From a virus: DNA of 64,000 nucleotides. The notes beneath the pieces were generated by a model. That model made no database searches, was not told the origin of the DNA, and worked only from the letters and a program-made list of their open reading frames with translations. The DNA lies in IMG/VR virus record IMGVR_UViG_3300030060_002740, positions 1 to 64,000 of that record; one strand, written 5' to 3'. Numbering within the stretch: position 1 is the stretch's first letter; the number at the start of each line of letters is the position of its first letter. The translations under genes and the position numbers were made by a program. Shown piece by piece: positions 51,936-61,296 of this stretch.

Positions 51936-53355
51936 TTTAGATTTTGTTTCAGCAATGGATATGGAACTATCTAAAACTTCATTTCCATACTTTTTTCAGA
52001 ATGTTCTTGGAATGATGTTTCCCCCATACATGCAAGAATGGCTAGAGACAATGGAAAAAACAGATAGAACTGTTATTGTTTGTAGTCGTGACCACGGAAA
52101 ATCTGTTTTTATGCACAGTTGGGTAGTATGGAATCTTGTCTTTCAAGAACCACCATATCAAATGCTTTACATTTCCTCTAACCAAAAGCAGACTCTTGTT
52201 CACATGAGAGAGATTGACAGATACTTCAATCACCCTGCTCTTAAGAAATACAAACCCAGTAGAGGTTGGGCTATTGGAAATATACAATTAACAAACGGTA
52301 ACGCTATCTTGGAGCGTTCCGTTGGTTCTCAAATCAGAGGACTTCACCCACAGGAGATTATCATTGACGACCCTTTGAAGGAGTTCAGTCTTGCAGGTAT
52401 TCAACGAGTTACTGATTGGTTCTTCGGAGATATGATACCAACACTTCATCATACATCTAAGTTGAGGATGATTGGAACTCCATTTACCTATACAGATATC
52501 TTTGCTCAGTTAGAGGAAAATGAAGCATATTCTGTTCAGAAGTATCCATGTCTAAACTCTTTGAATGAACCACTATGGCCTGAGCGTTGGGACTATGACG
52601 CACTAATGAAGAGAAAAGCAGAAATAGGCTCTCTCAAGTTTACAAGAGAATATCTTTGTGTTCCTATATCTACGGGAACTGCTCTATTCAATCCTGAGTT
52701 TATCGAGAAGTGCAAGAACAAGGACTATGTTTTGAAACTTGGACATCGTAAGGAGAAGGGATACAAGTATTATGTGGGCGTTGACCCTGCCATCTCAACA
52801 GATGGAGACTACAATGTAATCACGGTTTTGGAAGTTGATGATGAGAAAAATAAAACCATAGTCCATGTAGATAGGGCCAAGAATGTAGAGTTCAGAGAGA
52901 ACATAGAGAAGATTAGATTAATTGGTAAAATCTTTGAACCAGAAGAAATACTCTATGAAACCAACACGTTTGCAAAAGCATTCACACAGGAACTAAGAAA
53001 CATATCCGATTTGAATGTTAGAGATTTTACCACTACAAGAAAAAAGAAGCAAGAGATAATTCTGAGTCTTCAAATGAACATAGAAAATGGAAAAATAAAC
53101 TTTCCATATGGCGATAATGCAAGCAGAAGATTGACGAATGCTTTGATAGAGGAACTGTCTATGTTCTCTATTACCACTGCCGGAAAGTTTGAGGGTGTAG
53201 GAGCGCATGACGACTTAGTTATGAGTTTAGCATTGGCAGTGGCTTGTGCTACAAAGACATCAGATGTGTTCCTGTTGTTAGATGATATGGGAATATTTGA
53301 TGAGCCTAAACCAATGAACAGGTCTTTAGGCGGAATGATGGGGCTGAACTTCTAG
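51922..53355 (+). CDS. terL: Terminase large subunit
   Basis: SRDHGKS, IRGLH, IIIDD, IGTP, GVDPA, HDDLVMSLALA. Confidence 0.93.
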   Translation: MELDDLDFVSAMDMELSKTSFPYFFQNVLGMMFPPYMQEWLETMEKTDRTVIVCSRDHGKSVFMHSWVVWNLVFQEPPYQMLYISSNQKQTLVHMREIDRYFNHPALKKYKPSRGWAIGNIQLTNGNAILERSVGSQIRGLHPQEIIIDDPLKEFSLAGIQRVTDWFFGDMIPTLHHTSKLRMIGTPFTYTDIFAQLEENEAYSVQKYPCLNSLNEPLWPERWDYDALMKRKAEIGSLKFTREYLCVPISTGTALFNPEFIEKCKNKDYVLKLGHRKEKGYKYYVGVDPAISTDGDYNVITVLEVDDEKNKTIVHVDRAKNVEFRENIEKIRLIGKIFEPEEILYETNTFAKAFTQELRNISDLNVRDFTTTRKKKQEIILSLQMNIENGKINFPYGDNASRRLTNALIEELSMFSITTAGKFEGVGAHDDLVMSLALAVACATKTSDVFLLLDDMGIFDEPKPMNRSLGGMMGLNF

Positions 53356-53366
53356 GGGGGTAGTGC

Positions 53367-54695
53367 GTGACGGAGGAAGATAGCGAAATCTTGGAAGATA
53401 TTCTTGAGCGAACAAAGCGAAGAGAGACTTTAGACCAAGAAATCGAAGAACGCACTAAGGATTTGAAACGCGCTTGGCTATCCAGTGTTCCAATAGAAGA
53501 CCACAGTATTTTGGAAAAGAAATACGCAGAAGATTTCAGAATGAGCCTATCTGATGCAAGAAAGGAATTGAAGTATACTCTGACTAAGTATGAGATTGAG
53601 GGTTCTGATATTCCAAAGACAATAAAGGAATTGAAAAAATACCGAAGGACTCTCAAAGGAGAGGACAAGGTGAAGATTACCAATTCGATTGAGAATTTAA
53701 TCAAGGCATATTCTGACCACTTGGATAAGAGTATGGATGACATTTACTGGATTAGTAAGTATAAACCAGTTCTCAAAGACATGACTTGCTCGGAAGATAA
53801 TCTAATCAAACTATCATATGTTGATGATGCAAGTACAAGGCGAGAACTAGTTGATACTCTCTGTAAATATTGGGAAGCAAAAATAGAGAAGGAGGGTATG
53901 CCCTTCAATTCTGACTACTCAAGATTAACAAAGGAAATGACTAACACAAAAAGACAATTCAAAAGATTGCTGAAGAAGCATATGAAAACCACTTCTCCAA
54001 AGGATAAAATCAAACATCACATTCTAAAATCAATATGTGAAGAACCCGGAATATCAGCAAGGCAGATACATGAGAGACTACCGAAGAGTCTCTTTACTAG
54101 AACAACACCAAACGTTATTGCTAAAATGGCTAAACAGGAAAACATCACCACTGTTAATGGTGCTTTCTACAAGTTTAGTGATGAGATAAAGAAAGACATC
54201 TATGCCTATACTGCTGCGTTTATTGATTCTGATGGCTACATTACAATGGATAAGAATTACAATCCAAGAGTCGGTTTGGTTGCAACAGGAGAAAGAGGCA
54301 AGGCTTTCATGATGGAGATGCACAAGTCATTGGGATGTGGCAGATTGCATCTTGACCAAAAATCTCCACAGGACACAAGACCAGTAAACAGGTTGAACTT
54401 TTATTCGGGTGCTGATGTTACAGAACTACTCACAAAATGTAGGCCACATTTCAGAATGAAAGGTAAGAATGCTGACATTCTATTAGAGTTAATCAGAATG
54501 AAGAAATCGCATAAGAAGGCTGATTGGTACAAAGAAAGAAGGGAAGAACTATTCAAGTTGATGAAATATGAGAATCATAAAGACCACGTAGGTTATGATT
54601 TCACACGATATGATATTGATATTGATAGTGTTGCCAAGTTACATGATAATTGTAAGATGGGTGCAATGGATGTTATTGAGGGGGTGATTGCATGA
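53367..54695 (+). CDS. LAGLIDADG endonuclease-domain protein with helical N-terminus and HTH
   Basis: YTAAFIDSDGYI; PGISARQIHERL wHTH-like segment. Confidence 0.7.
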   Translation: MTEEDSEILEDILERTKRRETLDQEIEERTKDLKRAWLSSVPIEDHSILEKKYAEDFRMSLSDARKELKYTLTKYEIEGSDIPKTIKELKKYRRTLKGEDKVKITNSIENLIKAYSDHLDKSMDDIYWISKYKPVLKDMTCSEDNLIKLSYVDDASTRRELVDTLCKYWEAKIEKEGMPFNSDYSRLTKEMTNTKRQFKRLLKKHMKTTSPKDKIKHHILKSICEEPGISARQIHERLPKSLFTRTTPNVIAKMAKQENITTVNGAFYKFSDEIKKDIYAYTAAFIDSDGYITMDKNYNPRVGLVATGERGKAFMMEMHKSLGCGRLHLDQKSPQDTRPVNRLNFYSGADVTELLTKCRPHFRMKGKNADILLELIRMKKSHKKADWYKERREELFKLMKYENHKDHVGYDFTRYDIDIDSVAKLHDNCKMGAMDVIEGVIA

Positions 54696-55587
54696 CTTGG
54701 TTTGACGTTCTAAAAAGAAAGTCTGGTAGGCGAGGAAAAAAGGCTCGCAAGAAGAGAAAGAAAGGTAAGTCAAAGGTGAATCAGGCTGGTAATTACACAA
54801 AGCCCACTATGAGGAAGAAACAGTTTGCAAGAATCAAAGCAGGTAGCAAAGGTGGCCCTGCGGGTAAGTGGTCAGCGAGAAAGGCACAGTTGCTTGCTCG
54901 GAGATACGAGAAAGCAGGTGGTGGCTATCGTGACTGATTGGTTTGATATCATTAGGAAAAAAAGTAAACCCCGAAGAAGAAAGGGTGCTAAGTCTAGTAA
55001 GAAAAAACTTAGGCGTAGAAAACAAAAGAAAAATCTGAAGCAGGGTCAACAGGCTCTTGTAGAATGGACTGATGAAGAGTGGGGAAGTGCAGAACAACAC
55101 AGTGCCAAAGAAAAAGGAAAAAAAGCACCCTCCAAGACAAAGGGCAGATATATGCCAAAGGCTACTTACAAAAGAACTCCTAAATCTAGGTTGAAGTATC
55201 AAGATAAAAAGAAAAAAGAGGGACGTAAGAAAGGAAAGCAAAACGTCCCAACAGGAAAGAAATTCTCTCAGAAGTGATATTATGGATTGGTTTGAAGTTC
55301 TAAAGAAAAAGGGCAAGCACCCTGCTTTGAAGAGAGCGGGTGTTAGTGGTTTCAGTAAACCAAAAAGAACTCCTAAGCATCCTAAGAAATCTCATGTGGT
55401 TGTCGTCAAAGATGGCAAAAAGGTAAAGACTATTCGCTTTGGGCAACAAGGTGCTGATACAGTAACCGAGAAAGACCCAAAGGGAAAAAGAAAAAAGAAA
55501 CAAGCATCATTCAAGGCTCGCCATGCTAAGAATATTAAGCGGGGGAAAATGTCTGCGGCGTATTGGGCTAACAAGGTAAAGTGGTAA
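54692..55587 (+). CDS. Three very basic small proteins (54692-54937, 54930-55277, 55282-55587), candidate DNA-condensing core proteins
   Basis: Extreme Lys/Arg content; GKWSARKAQLLARRYEKAGGGY and IRFGQQG...SFKARH...AAYWA motifs. Confidence 0.65.
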
Positions 55588-57248
55588 GTATGGTAGAAGA
55601 AAGAAGAAGATTTAGTTTAACAAATTTGTTTAGGCAAACTACGCCTAAGCCCGCAGATAGAACAGTATACAATCCGGGTATACAAGAGAGAGATAATTCA
55701 TATCTTTTGACTAGTCCAATCATCTATCACATAGTATCTCAATCAACTATTGTTAGAACCTGTATCACTCAGTTGAAACAGGAGATATTCAGAAGAGGAT
55801 ATCATTGGGATTCTAAGTTTGCTCTAAAATGTAGAAATTGTGGTAAGGAACACGAAAACACAGTAAAGCAATGTGTTGAATGTGAAAGCACTGATTTGGC
55901 AAAGCCTAATGTTGAACAACTAAAATATGCTAAAGAGTTCTTAGATGGGTATGTGAATTGCTCAGAGCAGATGTTTATTGATGTCCTAAAGGAACTTGAA
56001 GATGACTTGAATATAATGGATGACGCATACTTGGTAATGGTAAAGGAATACTATGCCGATAACAACTCCAAGGTCAGGATGCACAGAATAAAGGAAGTAT
56101 ACAGAGGCGACCCAGTTACTATGCACATCTATTCAAACGATTTGGGAGAAAGAGGCAAAGCCGGATATACTTGTTTAAGACATAGAGATAGAGTATATTC
56201 AAGTCCAACTGAACTTTGCGAAACTTGTAATTCAGAACTCTATCCTATTCATTATGTTAACAGGGTAAATGGTGAAGAACAGTATTTCGTAAAGGGAGAA
56301 GTTCTACACTTCAGCAAATACTCTCCAAGTAGATTATATGGACTTTCACCTATAATCACTCTATGGAATAATGTTACAACATTGATTGCTATGGAGAATT
56401 ATGTTAACTCATCATATACCAAAGCAAGAATGCCGAAGGGACTTCTTGCTGTTCAAACAAGAAACATGGATTCGATGAAGTCATTTTGGCGTGGTGTCAA
56501 AGAAAAGATGGAGCAAGACCCACACTTCATACCTGTAATGGGAATAGAGGGAGAAGGCGGTAAGGGTTCTGTTGAATGGGTCAAGTTCATGGACAGTCTA
56601 AAAGAAATGGATTACATACAAGTTAAGGATGATTTGAGAGATAGGATTTCAGCATTCTATGGTGTGAGTAAAATCTTCATGGCAGATAACTCTGCAAGTG
56701 GTGGATTGAACAATGAGGGTATGCAAGTATTAGTTACTAATAGAGCAGTTGAAATGGCTCAAACAATTTGGAATAACTATGTGTTCCCATTTATGACGGA
56801 AGAATTTGGTATAACTGATTGGCGTTTGAAACTACCACCATCCGAAGAAGAGGATGAAATTGCAGTTCTACGTAAAAGAGAGATAGAAGTGAATGTCGCT
56901 GCTGCAATTAAAAACTTAGGATTTGAAGTAGACATGGATGATGAAGGTGGATTCATTTACACAAAACCTGAACCTAAAGAACCAACAGAAGGAGAAGGTG
57001 AAGAAGGTAGCGAAGAAGTTGAATTAGACCCATACGCCGGAACTGATATTGATGCCTCTCAACTAGGACAATTACAAGAACAAATGATGGGTGGTGGAAA
57101 TAAGTCTGAGAGCAAACCTCAAGAGAACCCCCCCGCTACGAGAAACAAACCATCTATGGCAACTGGGCCGGATAAAAGATTTACAGGATTACCAAGAGAA
57201 GCCGGAAATGAAAATGTTGACGAAAGAACAGAGAGGAGAGTAGGATGA
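55581..57248 (+). CDS. Portal protein with zinc-ribbon insertions
   Basis: LYGLSPI, PKGLL, ISAFYGV; CRNC/CVEC and C..CETC inserts; downstream of terL. Confidence 0.85.
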   Translation: MVSMVEERRRFSLTNLFRQTTPKPADRTVYNPGIQERDNSYLLTSPIIYHIVSQSTIVRTCITQLKQEIFRRGYHWDSKFALKCRNCGKEHENTVKQCVECESTDLAKPNVEQLKYAKEFLDGYVNCSEQMFIDVLKELEDDLNIMDDAYLVMVKEYYADNNSKVRMHRIKEVYRGDPVTMHIYSNDLGERGKAGYTCLRHRDRVYSSPTELCETCNSELYPIHYVNRVNGEEQYFVKGEVLHFSKYSPSRLYGLSPIITLWNNVTTLIAMENYVNSSYTKARMPKGLLAVQTRNMDSMKSFWRGVKEKMEQDPHFIPVMGIEGEGGKGSVEWVKFMDSLKEMDYIQVKDDLRDRISAFYGVSKIFMADNSASGGLNNEGMQVLVTNRAVEMAQTIWNNYVFPFMTEEFGITDWRLKLPPSEEEDEIAVLRKREIEVNVAAAIKNLGFEVDMDDEGGFIYTKPEPKEPTEGEGEEGSEEVELDPYAGTDIDASQLGQLQEQMMGGGNKSESKPQENPPATRNKPSMATGPDKRFTGLPREAGNENVDERTERRVG

Positions 57249-58578
57249 GTTGGGAAGATACGATAAGAAAGAATGTGTTTGATAAAAACCCTAATGATAT
57301 GACTGACTTTATGAATGTCAGTCCTAGAATGGAAAGGGAAGCAGAAAAGAGAACACAGGGGGAAAATAGATACAAGATAGAGAGAATGTTACTGGATGCT
57401 TCTGTTGCTTTAGGTAATGCAGAAAAGTTGTTAACTGAGTTAAATAGAGAACATAAAGATGAATTAAACTCTACTGAATATATGAAAGGAGATAGATTAA
57501 AGAATAGTATGTCTAAACTCATAAGAAGAAGTGTAAAGAACATCTCAGTTGTTGAAAAAGAATTGTTTAGGTGATTTAGAATGAGTTGGCGGGTTATTCT
57601 GAAAGAGGTTTCTTGTCCTTTAGCCACTCAAGATTTAATGTTGAATACAAAAAATAGAGATGCTTCAGTAAAAAATCCTAACATCAGATATGGCCCACTT
57701 AATCTTGAAGATGAAGATTATTGGGTAGAATATGGAAAGAGATGGAATACTACTGCTGATGTAGCAAAAGAATCTAATTGTAGCAATTGTGTTGCTTTTG
57801 ATATATCACCGAGAATGGATGACTGTATGCCGTTGACTACTGATGAAGATGGATATTTAGGTTACTGTTGGATGCACCATTTCAAATGTCATTCAGCAAG
57901 AACATGTTATACTTGGGCTAAAGGTGGCCCAATAGATGATGATGCAACATCAAAAGAAAATCAAATGAGGGGTAAACAATGAATTGGTTCGATGTATTAA
58001 AGAAATTAAAAGGTAAACAAAAACTACTTGACAAAGATGATGATGGAGATATTGATGAAGAAGACTTCAAAGCACTAAGGGAGGAGAAGGAATGAGTTGG
58101 CAAGATATACTAAAAAACGAGATGGACATAAAGACATTAGAAGAAATAGCAGGTGAATTGGAGAAAGCAGTTGAAGCACATGGTTCTCAAGCAAAGAGAA
58201 TCAGAGAGATAATTTCTCAATACAAGAAAGAACCACCCACAAAAATGCCCTCACCACAATACATAACCAATAGGCCAAAAACCGCAGGGCAACAGTCTAT
58301 GATAGATAGAGCAACTAGGAACTTGAGAGAACAAGAGAGAAGGTGATTACATGAGTGAAGAAAAAACAGTAAGAGAGTTAGAAAGAGAATTGAAGGCAGC
58401 AAGGGTTAGAGAAAGAAAGGAACACACCGATAAGGTGACTGTTAGTAGAGACTATTCTATTGGTGGTATTGATAGAGATACCACAGTAGAAAAGAAAAGT
58501 CCTGATTCTGCTGATATACCTGATGCTATTCTGCTACCTAAGAGTAAGAGAAACCGAAGAGAGAACATACCTTTCTGA
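57245..58578 (+). CDS. Five small head-module proteins (57245-57574, 57581-57982, 57979-58095, 58092-58346, 58351-58578)
   Basis: Coupled ORFs; four begin M-[SN]-W. 57581 has CSNC..C..C; 57979 has an EF-hand-like DKDDDGDIDEED. Confidence 0.6.
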
Positions 58579-58587
58579 GTTGGTTAC

Positions 58588-60417
58588 ATGACATGGACTA
58601 GTATTCTCAAGAGAAGCGAAATCCATGCTGATGTTATGTGGGCTTACAATCAAGCCCAACAACAAGAATCAACCAAGTTTCCTATTGCAGATTTGCGTGA
58701 GGCGCATCGTGCATTAGACGATGCAGCCGAAAAAGACGCAGAAGAAAGAGATGAATCGGAGGCTAAGGTTACAAATATTTTGAGTAGAGGTTTTTTCTCT
58801 AACTCAAGGGATAGGTTAACTCCTGTTGAGTTTGAGAAGGATAAAAGAAAGTTCGTCAACAGAATAAATAATTTAGAAAGATTACTAAACAAAAGAAGTA
58901 CAGAATCTATGAAACTTCCCGAAGGACAGACATTGAACATAAGAGATTTAGATGCTATAAGAGAAGAAAACTCTTTGCTAGAATTATTGTTTGAGGGAGA
59001 GAAAAAAGTTCTCGTTAAACTAAGAGAAGGATTAGGAGAAAGAAAAGATGCTGCCATTGACTTTGCAGAAAAACTTACTGATGCAATGGAATCATGGGAT
59101 AGGTACGGAGATAATACCCGTAGTAGAAATCTTGCTGATAACCTAAGACCACGACTATCATCAGGAGCAAAGAACCTACAAGCATATTTGTTAGAGGGAA
59201 AGGGTCGAATTAGAACTGAGGTTTCTTCTGTATTTCACGAAAAGAATGCAGAGTTCGATGATGAAAGTAAAACTTGGAGTCCTCTTAAGGTATATCCAAA
59301 GGGAAACACTTCCTTGGAATTACTTGAGCAAATATACTCTTATCTTAGAATACCAATAAAAATATCAGGAGAAGATGAAGCCGGAGAGAAGGCAATACGA
59401 AGTTATTTCTCATTGGATGTGGATGGTTTTGTAGAAGAGATTCATGATATGATAGGCAGTGATGACCCAAAGATTCACGCTAAATTATTCTTTAACAAGG
59501 ATGATGTTTTGAGAAAGATATACAGAATAGTTCCTGAAATCATACAGATTGCAGAGGAAAAGATGGATGAGAAGGAAAAGAGGGATTTGCTTACTAAGCA
59601 TTTTGACGTGTTGGAGTATCTGATTAGGATTAATTCTTTGACTGGTGATTATAGTAGACTCAAAGAAAGCAGGTTGGACAAGGTGAAAAGATTTGCTCAT
59701 ATGCGAAAGGGAAAAAGAAATCTCAGTATGAATAGAAACTTCCCGATGTTAGAAGATGCGTATGAGGAGTATGAGGCAAACCCAAGTGAATATCATGAAA
59801 GTGGTAGAAAACAAAGAAGGGCAGGGAAAGACGCTTCTTCTCTACAAACCCTTGGATTGAAACCAATACCTGACGGAGCAGTTAGGGGAACTTACCCTAA
59901 GAAAAAGAAGGTAGAAGACTTACAAAGAGAAATTGTTTCTTTCGGGGAAAAAGCAAGGGAAGCAATCAAAGAAGAACAAAAGAAACTTGCTGTTAACAAG
60001 CCTAAGACAGAAAAAGAAAAAATTCAAGCAGAGAGAACTTTCTTACTTCCTCTCAAGAGGCAGATAGAGAGATACACGAAAGAAGTAGAAGAACTAGGGT
60101 TACTGTTTGAGGATACTCCTGAGTCTGCTGCCGAGTTCCATGACTATGGAGATTTAAGTTCTGATAACTTAGATGAAAAAATAGAAGAAGCAAAGGAGCA
60201 ATTGAAACTCGCAGAGGAGGCAAAATTGGAAGAAGAGGAATTAGAAACATACAAGGATTATGTTGTTACTCTGCAAACTATCAAGAAACTCCCCCAAATT
60301 AGAGAAACAGTTGGTAGGATTCAAAGCATAATAGATTCTGCTAAATATCCTATAATGTCTGAGCAACAATCATTAGATGAACCCTCATCTGAAGATGCAA
60401 AGGAGGAGTCTGCATGA
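58588..60417 (+). CDS. Large helical hypothetical protein (possible internal virion protein)
   Basis: Begins MTWTSILKRS. Confidence 0.55.
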   Translation: MTWTSILKRSEIHADVMWAYNQAQQQESTKFPIADLREAHRALDDAAEKDAEERDESEAKVTNILSRGFFSNSRDRLTPVEFEKDKRKFVNRINNLERLLNKRSTESMKLPEGQTLNIRDLDAIREENSLLELLFEGEKKVLVKLREGLGERKDAAIDFAEKLTDAMESWDRYGDNTRSRNLADNLRPRLSSGAKNLQAYLLEGKGRIRTEVSSVFHEKNAEFDDESKTWSPLKVYPKGNTSLELLEQIYSYLRIPIKISGEDEAGEKAIRSYFSLDVDGFVEEIHDMIGSDDPKIHAKLFFNKDDVLRKIYRIVPEIIQIAEEKMDEKEKRDLLTKHFDVLEYLIRINSLTGDYSRLKESRLDKVKRFAHMRKGKRNLSMNRNFPMLEDAYEEYEANPSEYHESGRKQRRAGKDASSLQTLGLKPIPDGAVRGTYPKKKKVEDLQREIVSFGEKAREAIKEEQKKLAVNKPKTEKEKIQAERTFLLPLKRQIERYTKEVEELGLLFEDTPESAAEFHDYGDLSSDNLDEKIEEAKEQLKLAEEAKLEEEELETYKDYVVTLQTIKKLPQIRETVGRIQSIIDSAKYPIMSEQQSLDEPSSEDAKEESA

Positions 60418-61281
60418 GTTGGCAAGATGTTCTAAAGGAAGAGGGATTCTACTTCGCTCCTGTTTTCATTGAGAAACTCGACGGTAAGCAGAAAAAGAAG
60501 TTGAAGAAACTCATACAGAAGGCCCAACCAACAAACATGATGGGTCAAGACATGACTCAACTCTCAGATATAATCGAAGAACTGAAAGATATGGATTTAG
60601 TAAAATCCGACAAGAAACTAAGTAAAACCGTAGAAGGGTTTGATGAGAAGAACTTGGATATCCTCGCTTCTGCCTCTGAGTTGAGGAAAGACTACGAAAC
60701 ATTATTCACACAACTAAGGAAAATGGTTTATCCACCATCAAAGAAAGGTAAGCAGTGATACAATGAATTGGAAAGAAGAACTAAGAATACGGATTAAAGA
60801 AAGTTTATCTAAAATGTATGAGGAGGAAGCATACAATGAGTGACGAGATGTTGATGCTGATGAAAGAATTGGTAGACAAAGTGAAAGCCTTAGAGCAAGC
60901 AGTTTACCACAAAGACAACCTATTGATGAAATCAGGATTTGTTGTTTACGATTCACCTACACCCACAATGAATAGTAAAGATGTTGTAGGTAGTAGTACG
61001 ATAAAAAAGAGTATGGATTGGGAAGACATACATGAATTAGTAAAACAGATGGAGTGAGCGATATGCCGGAGAGAGTAACAAAAGAAGAGAAAGTAGTCGA
61101 ATTGGCTATTGCAAAAGCAAAAGAAGTATTGCAAGAGGCTAAACACCTTGGGCAGTTAGAGTTAGATGAGCCTCTTACTGGTGAAGAAGTAAAAGTAAAA
61201 AGACCAAAGAAGAATCCTTCGGAAGAACCTTTGCCAAAAACAAGTAATGTCGAAGGAAAAGAAGATAAGTTAAATGACTGA
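60414..61281 (+). CDS. Small head-module proteins (60414-60758, 60763-60843, 60836-61057, 61054-61281)
   Basis: Coupled ORFs; first two begin MSWQDVLK and MNWKEELR. Confidence 0.55.
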
Positions 61282-61296
61282 ATCCCTACGAAAGAC

